A stretch of DNA of 64,000 nt from an uncultured Acidobacteriaceae bacterium (GCA_964235655.1 CAXSBB010000015.1:21348-85347); one strand, 5' to 3'; positions 9,439 to 20,700 are shown, counted from the first letter of the stretch. Notes: a model not told the origin generated them from the letters alone. Translations and numbers: made by a program.

Positions 9439-10832
9439 ACTTTATGACGAAAACATTTGGCGGCGTCCACCTCCAAGAGATCGCAATCGTACTTGCGCTC
9501 ATATTTTTCGGTGTTGCCGGTTCTATCCCGGGCGTGGCACCGAACCAGGCAAACGAGATGACGGGTGCAGCTGCCACCGGCATGCAAGTGGTAGTAGGGC
9601 TGGGCTCGCAGGCGCTTGTGAACGGAGTTCTACTGCTGCTTCTGTTCCGCCGACGAAAGCTGCTGCTGCAACAAAGAGCCGCATTGGCATGGCCGTGCAT
9701 CCTTGCCCTCTGGGCTGTAGTCTCTATTGTCTGGTCGCAGGATAGGCTGCTGACAGCCCGGCATGCGCTTCCATTTGCGGTAGCTGCCGGCTTCGGCTGC
9801 TATCTCGCTGTGCGTTTGTCACAGCAGCGGCTGTTGCTTCTTCTTCAGATCACTTTTGTGCTGCTTGCTTGCTGGTCTGCCGTGCTCGCCATCGGCTTTC
9901 CTGCTGTTGGGCTGGATGCGTCGACCGGACATGCCGGGGACTGGCAAGGTGTATTTACTCAAAAAAATGCCTGTGGACGAGCCATGGTGTTCGCTGTGGC
10001 AGCGGTACTTGCCGGTGGGCGGCTGACACCGGCACGCTGCGCGATGCTGGGGCTATTCGCGGCGGAGCTGGCTTTGAGCGGTTCCCGAGGTGCATGGGTG
10101 CTCGGTACCTTGATCGCTGCTGCCATCGTGTTGTTTCGTGTCAGTTGTCGATTCGATCGTGCGTCGCGCACCGCACTGCTTGGCCTGTTTGTAGGTGCTG
10201 CTGTCTGTGTCACTGCAGTCGGCACACTGGAGTTTTCGACCCTTGCTCCGCTGACCGGACGCACTGCCATCTGGCACGAAGTATGGCTGTCTATTCTGCG
10301 CCATCCCGCGCTGGGCTACGGTTTTTCGGCGTTTTGGCGAGGCATGCAGGGGGCGTCCTGGGACGTGATTGTGGCGCTGCACTTCGTGTTGTTCCATGCT
10401 CACAACGGCTTTCTTGAAATCTGGCTGGAACTTGGCGTCGCTGGTTTGCTGCTGTTCGCCGCCGGTTTCGCGCGTGGTTTACTGCTGCTGGGGCCCGAGC
10501 TGCGTGCCGGTCGCTTTGCGGAAGCAGCGTGGCCTATGGCAGTGCTGCTTCTGATTGCCTTGTATGACTTTGATGAAAATACCCTTCTATCCTTCAATGG
10601 TTTGTACTGGGTGCTCTACACGGCAGCTTTCGCCAAGCTGGAGCTGCTTGCCGCCGAGCGCGGGCAGGTGCGCGCCATGCTGAGCCGAGTACCGTTGACG
10701 GCCAGCTTTCACGGCGGTGCGGAGGAGAGCACAACAGTTCCTCCAATTCATTCCACGCGGCCATGGTGGGCACTACCGCCTGCGAACGCAACAGGTACAA
10801 CAACCGGCGTTTCGGGAAGCCCATGGCTGTAG
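9435..10832 (+). CDS. O-antigen ligase/polymerase family membrane protein (Wzy/ExoQ-like)
   Basis: Multiple TM helices. WQGVFTQKN, SGSRG, LTGRTAIW, GYGFSAFW, HAHNGFLE motifs. Confidence 0.85.
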   Translation: MNFMTKTFGGVHLQEIAIVLALIFFGVAGSIPGVAPNQANEMTGAAATGMQVVVGLGSQALVNGVLLLLLFRRRKLLLQQRAALAWPCILALWAVVSIVWSQDRLLTARHALPFAVAAGFGCYLAVRLSQQRLLLLLQITFVLLACWSAVLAIGFPAVGLDASTGHAGDWQGVFTQKNACGRAMVFAVAAVLAGGRLTPARCAMLGLFAAELALSGSRGAWVLGTLIAAAIVLFRVSCRFDRASRTALLGLFVGAAVCVTAVGTLEFSTLAPLTGRTAIWHEVWLSILRHPALGYGFSAFWRGMQGASWDVIVALHFVLFHAHNGFLEIWLELGVAGLLLFAAGFARGLLLLGPELRAGRFAEAAWPMAVLLLIALYDFDENTLLSFNGLYWVLYTAAFAKLELLAAERGQVRAMLSRVPLTASFHGGAEESTTVPPIHSTRPWWALPPANATGTTTGVSGSPWL

Positions 10833-12022
10833 CGCAAGCATTGCCGGCGGCCGAGTTTGAAAAGGAGTCAGCCGCAGTTCGCAAGCCCCGCGAACCGCGC
10901 TTCTACCGGTCAGAACTGGATATTCTGCGCCTGTTTGCTTTTCTCATGGTCTGGTCGGCTCATGCGCTTATGAGCTTTGCCGGACTGCTCCCGGCCCGCG
11001 CCCTTGCAGTGGCTGAAGGTGTCGGCAGTTGCGGGGTGCCGATCTTCTTTTTTCTCTCCGCGTACCTCATTACAGAGTTGCTGCGCCGCGAGCAGCTTGC
11101 CTCCGGTCAACTCCACCTGCGTTTCTTCTACGCGCGTCGCACGCTGCGCATCTGGCCGCTCTACTTCGGGGTGCTCGGTTTGTACGCGGTACTGGGTTTG
11201 CGTTTTCATGGGTTTCGTATTGAACCGGGCCGGCTGCTGGCCTCCTGCTTGTTGGGCGGGAACTGGTACATCGCGTTGCACCCGGCTATTACCACGCCCA
11301 TGCGCTCCCTGTGGAGCATTTCTGTCGAAGAGCAATGGTATCTGCTATGGCCGGTGCTGCAGCGTAAGCTACCCGCTCAGAAGCTGTTGGGAGTTTGCTG
11401 CCTGATTGTGGCATGTGCACACGTGACATTGATCGCACTGGTCTATCGGAGCCATCTAGGCCATAGTGCCGACCCGGCTATGCTCCATGTCACCGCATGG
11501 GTTAACAGCGCCGTGCAATTTCAGTACTTTGCTTTGGGAGCGGCCTCAGCCCTGCTACTCAACGGGCACATCCCTCGCCTTCGCGGCTCCCTTCGTACCC
11601 TGCTGGCAATCTCCGGAGGCGCAGCACTGCTGCTGGCTTCAAGTGCGTACCATATCAAGCAGGTTAATATCCCAGCCTCAGCAGCATCGCTCCTGTCCGG
11701 CTATTTATTGGCAGGTGTGGGTACGGCGTGCTTGTTCTTCGCGGTGCTAGGCATCTCCGCCGCGCCGTGGCCGCGCTTTCTTGTACGTTTTGGGCAGCTC
11801 TCCTTCGGACTGTACGTCTTCCACGAAACCGGCTTTTTTCTTGCCGATGCCGCAGCACGTCATATCCACGCACCGGCTACAGCGGTATGGCTCATCTGCA
11901 GCAAGGGGAGCGCGCTTGCGCTTACTGCGGTGCTCGCGTTTATCAGCTACTACGCCTGGGAACTCCCATTTCTGCGCGTCAAGCAACGCTGGACCATCGT
12001 GCGTACTCGGGAAGCACAATGA
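10823..12022 (+). CDS. Acyltransferase family 3 (OafA-like O-acetyltransferase)
   Basis: ELDILR, FFFLSAYLIT, FYARRTLRIWPLY, WSISVEEQWY, SFGLYVFH motifs. Confidence 0.88.
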   Translation: MAVAQALPAAEFEKESAAVRKPREPRFYRSELDILRLFAFLMVWSAHALMSFAGLLPARALAVAEGVGSCGVPIFFFLSAYLITELLRREQLASGQLHLRFFYARRTLRIWPLYFGVLGLYAVLGLRFHGFRIEPGRLLASCLLGGNWYIALHPAITTPMRSLWSISVEEQWYLLWPVLQRKLPAQKLLGVCCLIVACAHVTLIALVYRSHLGHSADPAMLHVTAWVNSAVQFQYFALGAASALLLNGHIPRLRGSLRTLLAISGGAALLLASSAYHIKQVNIPASAASLLSGYLLAGVGTACLFFAVLGISAAPWPRFLVRFGQLSFGLYVFHETGFFLADAAARHIHAPATAVWLICSKGSALALTAVLAFISYYAWELPFLRVKQRWTIVRTREAQ

Positions 12023-14607
12023 AGCCGCGCGTTCTGGTATTCCGCGCCGACCTGTTGCCGCCATCGGAGACTTTTGTCGCGGCCCAGGCGGCTGCACTGC
12101 GCCGGTACCAGGCTGTCTTTGCCGGTTTGCGCCGGTGCAGCCCCTCGCTGCCGCTTCCGGTCGCGCATACATTCCATCCAGGCGGCAGGCTGGAGCGCCT
12201 GCTCTACCGGAAAACAGGTTTTGCTCCGCGGCTGGTTCAGCCTCTCCGGCAGCAATCGCCGTGCCTGCTACACGCGCACTTCGCAGTGGATGCCGCACTT
12301 GCGCTTCCTCTCAGGCGTTCGCTCCGGCTGCCGATGGTGGTTACGCTGCATGGCTACGACGTGATGTGCACTGATGCCGCGCACAGCGGCACACGTGCGG
12401 GCCGGCTCTATCTCGCACGCAGGGAGCAGCTTTGGCGGGAAGCTGAACTTTTCCTGTGCGTTTCCGATGCCATTCGCCTGCAGGCGGAAGCGCGGGGCTT
12501 TCCAGCGCACAAGCTGCGTGTACTGCCCATAGGGATCGACTTGCGAACGATGACCCCAAGGTATGGCTCTTCAGGGGAGAGAGAGCCGGTCATACTATTT
12601 GTAGGCCGTTTGGTTCTTAAAAAGGGTTGCCGAGAGTTAATCGAGGCAATGGCGCTGGTGCAGAGAGCCATACCGGCAGCGCGTTTGATCCTTGTCGGCG
12701 ATGGGCCGGAGCGGCCCATGCTAGAGCGCGCTGCCACCGACCTGACGATCGGCACGCGCTTTCTCGGCACGCAGACAGCGGCTCAGGTACATGCGCTGAT
12801 GCGCGCTGCACGCTGTCTTGCCGCGCCTTCTATAACAGCTCCCGATGGTGATGCGGAAGGTCTGCCTACTGTTCTTTGCGAAGCCCTGGCGCTGGGAGTT
12901 CCGGTGGCAAGCACGGTTCACTCCGGCATTCCGGAGCTTATCCGGCATGGCGAGCACGGGCTTTTGTCTCAGGAGGGTGATGTCGGGGCTTTGGCACAAA
13001 ACCTCATTCAACTTTGTTCCGACACCTCTATGGCCGAGCGTCTTGCGCATGCCGGGCGGCTTCGTGTCGAGCAGTCCTTTGACCTGCACCGGCAGACTGC
13101 CTTGCTTGAAGATGTCTATGACAAGGTTGCCGCTTCGCAACAGCACATGCGGAGTACGCAGGAGCCGCGCATAGTTGCCGCACTTGCTGTATCCCAAGAA
13201 AACGCGCTACATAGCTCGGTAGCGGAACAAAGCCCGTTCGCCATCAGGCAAGACTCAGGAAGCCGACTTGCCCAGGCAACAGCCCCGCCGAAAGTAAAGG
13301 CGGAAGGCCGCCTGCGCCATCAGGCTGCCTGGCTCTTATCCGGTAATGGAGCGACCCTGGCGCTCCAAGCGGTATATTTCCTGCTTATCGGTCGATTGCT
13401 CGGTGCGCGCGAGTACGGCGGTTTTGTCGGTGCCGTTGCACTGGTCAATGTGCTTTCGCAGTTTTCATCGCTCGGCATGGAAATGGTACTGCTGCGAACT
13501 ATCGCGCGTGACCGTACGGCCTTTGCGGTGACATGGGGACGTGCCTTGGCGGTTTCCAGTGCGGGTTTTATCGCTATGCTGCCGGCTCTTTCCCTGTATG
13601 GACACTTCTTTTTGCCTGCTGCGTTGCTGCAGCTGCTGCCATACCTGGCGCTCTCTGACGCACTGTTCGGCAAGCTGACGCAACTGAGCAGCCGTGCTCT
13701 CCAAGGTGCGGGCATTATCCGGTGGAGTGCCAAGCTCGGGGTTATGACCAACTTTGCGCGTACCCTGGCGGCAGGGCTTCTCTACGTCTGGGCAGGGCAC
13801 AGCCATTCACAGGTACACCTGCTTACCTGGGTCAGGCTGTACTGCGGTGCTTCTTTCATCGTGGCGCTGGCAAGCCTCGGCTCTGTCACAAGGCTGTTGG
13901 GCCGCCCTCACTGGGCTCCTATCCGGCGGCACCACCTGCTTGAAGGGTTGTCTTTTTCCTTTTCGAGCTCTGCTATTTCGCTCTACAACGATCTGGACAA
14001 AGCCATGCTGGTTTCCTACGGCATGTTTGCGGCAGCCGGTATTTATGGAGCAGCCTACCGCGTAATCGATGTCGTCTCTACCCCGATTGTGAGCCTGTTC
14101 GCCGCAGCCTCTCCCCGACTTTTCCGGAGCGGCGCCCAGGCAGGTCCGGCTGGGGTCGCACCGGAGACAACCCGGCTGCTTCGCTGGGGTACCTGCTTCG
14201 GTTTGCTCGCAGCCCCCCTGCTGGCTGTGTGCGCGCCTTTGCTGCCGCGGCTTTTCGGGCACTCCTTCGCGGCTTCCGCCGGAGCGCTCCAGTTGTTGTG
14301 CCTGCTGCCGCTGCTTCGCGGTTTGCACTACGCCTGGGGAACCGCCATTACAGCCTGCGCAAGCCAGTGGCTACGCACGGGAACGCAGGCCGGTGCGGCT
14401 TTGCTCAATCTGCTGCTGAATGTGTGGTTCATTCCGCGGTGGGGTTGGCAGGGGGCTGCCGCGGCAAGTCTGCTGACGGATGGCGTACTCGCGCTTGCAA
14501 GCTTCGCCATCTTCAGATTCCTGATAGCTCGCCAGCAGGCCATGGGACCCGTCCTCAGCCAGGAACTCGCGCAGGCTTCGCGGGGGAGCAGTCCGCTGCA
14601 GATTTGA
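12019..14607 (+). CDS. Fusion of GT4 glycosyltransferase (WcaL-like) and Wzx-type polysaccharide flippase
   Basis: N-terminal half has PSETFV, HAHF, TLHGYD, FVGRL, DAEGLPTVLCEA. After a ~60 aa linker comes a multi-TM MOP-like domain (RLLGAREYG, LDKAML, AAGIYGAAYR, WGWQGAAAA). ATG 12019 overlaps the upstream TGA. Confidence 0.85.
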   Translation: MKPRVLVFRADLLPPSETFVAAQAAALRRYQAVFAGLRRCSPSLPLPVAHTFHPGGRLERLLYRKTGFAPRLVQPLRQQSPCLLHAHFAVDAALALPLRRSLRLPMVVTLHGYDVMCTDAAHSGTRAGRLYLARREQLWREAELFLCVSDAIRLQAEARGFPAHKLRVLPIGIDLRTMTPRYGSSGEREPVILFVGRLVLKKGCRELIEAMALVQRAIPAARLILVGDGPERPMLERAATDLTIGTRFLGTQTAAQVHALMRAARCLAAPSITAPDGDAEGLPTVLCEALALGVPVASTVHSGIPELIRHGEHGLLSQEGDVGALAQNLIQLCSDTSMAERLAHAGRLRVEQSFDLHRQTALLEDVYDKVAASQQHMRSTQEPRIVAALAVSQENALHSSVAEQSPFAIRQDSGSRLAQATAPPKVKAEGRLRHQAAWLLSGNGATLALQAVYFLLIGRLLGAREYGGFVGAVALVNVLSQFSSLGMEMVLLRTIARDRTAFAVTWGRALAVSSAGFIAMLPALSLYGHFFLPAALLQLLPYLALSDALFGKLTQLSSRALQGAGIIRWSAKLGVMTNFARTLAAGLLYVWAGHSHSQVHLLTWVRLYCGASFIVALASLGSVTRLLGRPHWAPIRRHHLLEGLSFSFSSSAISLYNDLDKAMLVSYGMFAAAGIYGAAYRVIDVVSTPIVSLFAAASPRLFRSGAQAGPAGVAPETTRLLRWGTCFGLLAAPLLAVCAPLLPRLFGHSFAASAGALQLLCLLPLLRGLHYAWGTAITACASQWLRTGTQAGAALLNLLLNVWFIPRWGWQGAAAASLLTDGVLALASFAIFRFLIARQQAMGPVLSQELAQASRGSSPLQI

Positions 14608-14626
14608 CGTTTCGCTACTACCCTCG

Positions 14627-15625
14627 CTACCGCATCAGCAGGAGCAGTTTGCCGGTATGGCCGCCATCTTCCATGGCCCGGTGGGCTGCCGCAACTTCTT
14701 CCAACGGGAATGACGCATGGACAACGGGCCGTAGTTGCCCGGTGGTTAACAGGGACCAGACTTCGCGTGCGATCTCGTCGCGCAAAGCTCGTTTTTGTAC
14801 GGGAGACCGGCTACGCAAGGTGGAACCGGTGATAACCAGCCGTTTCTGCATCACTGTGCGCAAGTCAAGCGGTACCTCGCTGCCCTGCGCGGTGGCAATG
14901 TGGGCCAGCCTGCCTCCCGGGGCAAGCAGCGCGAGGTGCTCGGCAAAATATGGGCCGGCCACCATGTCGAGGATGCAGTCCATGCCATCCGGAGCCCAGC
15001 TGCGAATCGCGGCAGCCCAGGCTCCGCGGTAGTCCGTGGCGAACTCGGCCCCGAATTCCAGGCAGCGCGCGCATTTATCTGCAGAACCTGCTGTAGCCGC
15101 GCAATGGACGCCCCGCGCTGTCGCTATCTGCAATGCGACGGAGCCGATGCCGCTGGTACCGCCCTGCACCAGCAGGCGTTCGCCCGCCTGCACTCGCGCC
15201 GCCGTGGCCTGACCCGGTGCAGTCGCAAACAGGTTTGCCCAAACGGTAAAGACCGCCTCCGGTAGAGCGGCTGCGTCAAGGAGATCAAAACCGGCAGCCA
15301 CAGGCAGGCAGCTACCCGCATCGGCTACCGCGTACTCGGCATATCCGCCACCGGGCAGCAGCGCGCACATACGGTCGCCAACCTGCCAGGAGTCCGCCGA
15401 GCCCGGTCCGAGCCCGGCAATCTCCCCTGAGACCTCAAGTCCCAGCAGCGGCGAGGCACCTGGAGGGGGCGGGTAATGGCCTTTGCGCTGCAGAAGATCA
15501 GCCCGGTTTAGCCCGGCTGCGTGGACGCGAATCAGTACCTCGCCGGGTCCAGGCTGTGGCGTGGGTAGTTCGGCAATCGTAAGCTGTTCCGGGCCGCCCG
15601 GCTGGTCAAAGACAATCGCACGCAT
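14627..15625 (-). CDS. NAD(P)H-quinone oxidoreductase, PIG3 family
   Basis: AAGLNRADLLQRKGHYPPP, GLEVSG, GGTSGIG, GSTLRSR motifs. Confidence 0.92.
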   Translation of the reverse strand: MRAIVFDQPGGPEQLTIAELPTPQPGPGEVLIRVHAAGLNRADLLQRKGHYPPPPGASPLLGLEVSGEIAGLGPGSADSWQVGDRMCALLPGGGYAEYAVADAGSCLPVAAGFDLLDAAALPEAVFTVWANLFATAPGQATAARVQAGERLLVQGGTSGIGSVALQIATARGVHCAATAGSADKCARCLEFGAEFATDYRGAWAAAIRSWAPDGMDCILDMVAGPYFAEHLALLAPGGRLAHIATAQGSEVPLDLRTVMQKRLVITGSTLRSRSPVQKRALRDEIAREVWSLLTTGQLRPVVHASFPLEEVAAAHRAMEDGGHTGKLLLLMR

Positions 15626-15661
15626 GCATCGGTAGGATGCGGTCTGAAGGGTGCTGTCGGG

Positions 15662-16276
15662 CTAGGAGCTGGGTTGCAGCAGCGCCCACGCAATTACAGT
15701 TTCGCCGGTGATACCCTGCACAGCGAGCTCAGTATCAATCTCCGCTTCAAGCTCATGGTGCCGTAGCTGCATCTCGCCCGCCAGTATCTGCGCTTCCGTG
15801 GCCCCGGTGTAGCACAGTTCGCAGACACCCAGACCACCGCCCTCGTTTAGAACAGGCGGCCCAAAGATACGGCAGGTCAGCGGGCGCGACGTGTACAGCT
15901 CGCAGCGGCCGGTGGCCGGGTCGAGAACCGGGCAGGCACCATCGGCTTCAGGTAGATCGGCAAAGCGATCCCAATCATCCTCATCTTCATTTAACAAGCC
16001 TGTGACGGTGTTACCGGGGAACTCAGACTTCAGCGATTGCACGGTTTCACGGGTGCGCGCCAGCAAGGGTTCCGCTCGTTCGGGCTGCTCCTGCGCCAGT
16101 GTCGCCAACCCGTCTCGAAGCCGCGCCGCGTCCAGTTGCGAGATGCGAAACACTCCATGGCAGCAAGGTGTGCAGCCCGGCTTGCAGGCGAGCCGGCCGC
16201 CGCCGCGTGCGGCAGCGTCAGCCAGGGATCGATCGACGATTTGTACCAATTCGGGATCGCGCGCGGGAAGCATCAT
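15662..16276 (-). CDS. YkgJ family cysteine-cluster protein
   Basis: CKPGCTPCC, CPVLDPATGRCELYTSRPLTCR, CELC. Start moved to ATG 16276 to avoid overlapping hom. Confidence 0.85.
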   Translation of the reverse strand: MMLPARDPELVQIVDRSLADAAARGGGRLACKPGCTPCCHGVFRISQLDAARLRDGLATLAQEQPERAEPLLARTRETVQSLKSEFPGNTVTGLLNEDEDDWDRFADLPEADGACPVLDPATGRCELYTSRPLTCRIFGPPVLNEGGGLGVCELCYTGATEAQILAGEMQLRHHELEAEIDTELAVQGITGETVIAWALLQPSS

Positions 16277-16346
16277 TTCTATTGCTTCTATTGTCTCCTG
16301 CAAGCGCTTGCCTCCGGTAGCATGTGCCGAGGAGGAGTTGCCACGG

Positions 16347-17597
16347 ATGGTGAAGAAAAAGGTAGCGATTCTCGGCTTTGGTACGGTCGGCTCCTCAGTG
16401 GCGCGTATTTTGCTTGAAGGACCGGCCGCCACCGAGCTTGAGCTGAGCTATGTGTACAACAGGGATGTTGCGCGTAAGCGTGCTGCCTGGGTGCACAGCT
16501 CCGTGCATTGGACTGAGAACGTGGATGACGTTCTACGCTCGGACTCTGACATCGTGGTGGAGCTTGCCGGCGGTCTTGACCCGGCGGGTACCTGGGTACG
16601 TCGCGCGCTCGAAGCGGGTAAAAGCGTTGTCACAGCGAATAAAAAGCTCATCGCTGCCCAGGGCATCGCCTTACACGCCCTGGCCAAACAGCATGGTGCC
16701 CACCTGTTCTATGGGGCTGCGGTTGCAGGTGGCATTCCGGTCATTCCGGGCTTGCAGCAGGGTCTTGCCGGGGAGCGCGTGCTCAGGATTGAAGGCATCC
16801 TGAACGGCACCTGCAATTACATCCTGAGCGGCATGGAGGCCGGTGCCGAGTACGGCACCATGCTGGCCGAAGCGCAGGCGCGCGGCTATGCCGAGGCTGA
16901 CCCCACAGAGGACGTCGGCGGCTTTGACGCCCGTGCCAAGCTGGTGATCCTTTCCCGGCTCGCGCTGCGCACGGATTTAGCAGTGGAAGCCGTGCAATGC
17001 CGTGCCATTACCCGGCTGACAGCAATTGACTTCGAGTATGCTCGGTTGCTGGGCTGCACGGTGCGGCAGGTTTCTCGCGCCGAGCTCGCTCCGGACAGTT
17101 CTGTGATTGCCCTGGTCGGTCCCATGCTGGTGCCGCTGCGGTCGCCGCTTGCCTGGTCACGCGGTACGGAAAACATGGTGCTGATCGGCGGCGCATATGG
17201 CGGTGATGTTGTCTTCTCCGGCCATGGTGCGGGCGGCCATCCTACGGCAGTGGCCGTTGTGTCAGACCTGCTGGCAATCGCGCATGGTTCCGGTGCGGTT
17301 GACCTGCCCAGCCGCAAGGCCCAGGTCACCGGCGATCTGCACCTGCGACATTCAGTCCGCTTTATAGTGCGCGACCGGCCTGGGATCGTGGCCGGGATTG
17401 CCTCGGCACTGGCCCGTGAAGGAATCAACATTGACGCGCTACTACAGCTGCCCGGGCACAGCAAAACCAGTATGCCGTTTGTAGTCACAGTCGAGCCGTG
17501 CTCGGGCTCCGCGCTGCGCCGCTCCCTGGCAGAAGTTGAGCAGATGGACTGCTTACTTGAACCGCCGCTGGGTATGGAGATTCTGGAAGGGGAGTAA
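16347..17597 (+). CDS. hom: Homoserine dehydrogenase with C-terminal ACT domain
   Basis: GFGTVG, VVTANK, AVAGGIP, GILNGTCNYIL, GYAEADPT, DRPGIVA (ACT). GGAGG RBS upstream. Confidence 0.95.
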   Translation: MVKKKVAILGFGTVGSSVARILLEGPAATELELSYVYNRDVARKRAAWVHSSVHWTENVDDVLRSDSDIVVELAGGLDPAGTWVRRALEAGKSVVTANKKLIAAQGIALHALAKQHGAHLFYGAAVAGGIPVIPGLQQGLAGERVLRIEGILNGTCNYILSGMEAGAEYGTMLAEAQARGYAEADPTEDVGGFDARAKLVILSRLALRTDLAVEAVQCRAITRLTAIDFEYARLLGCTVRQVSRAELAPDSSVIALVGPMLVPLRSPLAWSRGTENMVLIGGAYGGDVVFSGHGAGGHPTAVAVVSDLLAIAHGSGAVDLPSRKAQVTGDLHLRHSVRFIVRDRPGIVAGIASALAREGINIDALLQLPGHSKTSMPFVVTVEPCSGSALRRSLAEVEQMDCLLEPPLGMEILEGE

Positions 17598-17742
17598 TAG
17601 GCCCGTCTCGTAGCCCTGACATCCCTATACGAATCTTATGATTTTGACGGCTTATAACCTTTTGTTTATGAAATTGCGAAGCCATGTTGACGAGCTGGAG
17701 ACATGGGAGCTGCAGTCAGATAGCATCCTTTAAGAGGGAAAT

Positions 17743-20700
17743 ATGGAATCCACACCGCACACTGCCGCTTCGATGGGCATGTCCCAAGGTATGTCAGCGA
17801 CACACCCGCCAAATCCTGACAATCTACCCGAATGCTCCATCAGCGTGAACGGGCAAGAGATTCATGCCTTGGCCGGTGAACGTCTTATCGACGCTTTGAA
17901 GCGTACCCTCGACGGTACCAAAAGCGAGGTGCCGCACGTTTGCTACCTGCCCCAGCTGGGCCCGATTCAGACCTGCGATACCTGCATGGTCGAAGTCAAC
18001 GGCAAGCTGGTACGCGCCTGCGGAACGACCGTTGCAGCCGATGCACGTGTCGTGACCGAGTCTGCTCGTGCCCGCAGTGCCCAGCGGGAAGCATTTGACC
18101 GTATCTTGGGAAACCACCTGCTGTACTGCACGGTGTGCGACAACAACAATGGCAACTGCACGGTGCACAACACCACCGCTTTGCTTGAGGTAGTCCACCA
18201 GGAGCACCCATATCTAACCAAGCCATACGACAAAGACGAGACGAACCCGTTCTATCGCTATGACCCGGACCAATGCATCCTGTGTGGGCGCTGCGTGGAG
18301 GCCTGCCAGAACTACCAGGTCAATGAAACGCTGTCGATCAACTGGGAAGACCCGCATCCGCGCGTGCAGTGGGACCATGGCCACACCATTGCCGGTTCAA
18401 GCTGCGTAAGCTGCGGCCACTGCATCACCGTATGTCCCTGCAATGCGCTCATGGAGAAGTCCATGCTGGGCGAGGCCGGGTACATGACCAAATGGCCCGT
18501 ACCGGCGCTTGAGAAGATGATCGACCTGGTCAAGGCGATTGAGCCCGAGATGGGTTACGGTCCCATTCTTAAGGTCTCGGAAACTGAAGCAGCCATGCGC
18601 GAGGTGCGCACCACCAAAACCAAGACGGTATGCACTTACTGCGGCGTGGGCTGCTCTTTCGATATCTGGACCAAGCCTGACGACCGGCACATCCTGAAGG
18701 TCGAGCCGAGCCAGGGTGCGACCAACGATATTTCAACCTGTGTCAAAGGAAAATTCGGCTGGGATTACGTGAACTCGCCGGACCGCTTGCAGAAGCCGCT
18801 GATTCGCAATGCCGATGGGCAAACCTTCCGTGAAGCAACCTGGGAAGAGGCTTTAACGCTGATCGGGCAAAAGTTTTCAGCCATCAAGGCCGAACATGGG
18901 CCGGATGCGCTGGGCTTCATTTCGTCTTCCAAGACGACCAATGAAGAGAACTACCTCATGCAGAAGTTGGCGCGTGCCGTGGTCGGCACCAATAATGTTG
19001 ATAACTGCTCGCGGTACTGCCAGTCACCGGCTACATCAGGCTTGTTCCGCACCGTGGGCTACGGCGGCGATTCCGGTTCGATCCATGACATCGGCAAAGC
19101 TTCGCTGGTACTGTGCATCGGCACCAATACGACAGAGAGCCACCCTGTGCTGGCCACCCGCGTCAAGCAGGCACACAAACTGCGTGGGCAGAAGCTGATT
19201 GTGGCCGACATTCGTGAACACGAGATGGCGCGTCGCGCGGACATCTTCTTCCGCCCCAAGCCGGGCACCGATATTATCTGGCTCTCGGCAATGACACGCT
19301 ACATCCTTGAAAGCGGCTTGGCACGCACTGAATTTATTGAGCAGTGGGTAAACGACCTTGACAAGTACCGGGAAAGCCTGCACTGGGCCACCATGGAATT
19401 TGCTGAGAAAGCCACGGGTATCGCGGCTTCCGAGCTGCGGCGCATTGCAGAAATCATCGCCAAGGAAGAAGCAGTCTGCGTACTGTGGGCCATGGGTGTT
19501 ACGCAGCATGTGATGGGGTCTGATACCTCGACTGCCATCTCAAATCTGCTGCTGGCCACCGGCAACTACATGCGTCCCGGCACCGGTGCGTACCCTTTGC
19601 GCGGACACAACAATGTGCAGGGTGCGAGCGACTTCGGCTGTATGCCGAATATGTTCCCCGGCTACGAGCACACCGACGACGAAGCCGCGAACGCACGCTA
19701 CTCCGCAGGCTGGGGCGCGAAACTGCCCAAGCCGCGAGGCCTCGACAACCATGAAATGATCGATGCCTGCTACGATGGCAAGCTGCGCGGTGCGTACCTG
19801 TTCGGCGAGGATATGTACTCGGCTGACTCGAATGCAAACCACGTTGCCGGCGGCTTTGAGCGATTGGAGTTCTTCGTCGTACAGGATATTTTCTTTTCTG
19901 AGACTTGCCGCTTCGCCGATGTCGTTCTACCGGCGAGCCCCAGCCTAGAGAAGGACGGCACATTTACCAACACAGAGCGGCGCATTCAGCGGCTGTACCA
20001 GGTGTTTGAACCGCTTGGTGAGTCGAAGCCTGATTGGCGCATTATCCAGGACATAGCCAACCGTCTAGGCGCGCACTGGAACTACACGCACCCCAGTCAG
20101 ATCATGCAGGAAGCAGCCTCATTGGCGCCGATATTTGCCGGAGTAAATTACGACCGGCTGGAGGGGTATAGGACCTTGCAGTGGCCTGTAGCGATCGATG
20201 GAACAGACCAGCCATTGTTGTATACGACGGGCTTCCCGTTTGAGGACAATAAAGCCAGGTTCTTTCCCTTAAAGCTACGTGTACCGGCTGAAGTTGAGGA
20301 TGCCGAATACGATCTGCACCTAAATAACGGGCGCTTGCTGGAGCACTTCCACGAAGGCAATATGACGATGCGGGTTCCGGGTATCTATCAGGAGACCCCC
20401 GAGCGCTGGATTGAGGTCTCGCCGGAGCTGGCCAAGGAACATAACATTGCGACGGGACAGTGGGTTGATATTACTTCTCGCCGCGATACGCTGCGCTTGC
20501 AAGTGCTAATCACAGACCGTGTGAAAGGCAACCAGTTGTTTGTGCCGCTGAACACATCAGACGGAACACAGCCGGTGAACAAGCTGAGCAGCAGTGACGT
20601 TGACGATATAACGCACACCCCGGCCTACAAAGAGCTTGCCGTCAAGATGAAGGTACTACCATGGCGAGGTGAAAACCCGTTACGCGCTCTCAACTTCCGC

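Noticed and set aside
15891-16432. Apparent long overlap of the hom and YkgJ ORFs
   Set aside because: Artefact of longest-ORF starts; the real starts at 16347 and ~16276 do not overlap.
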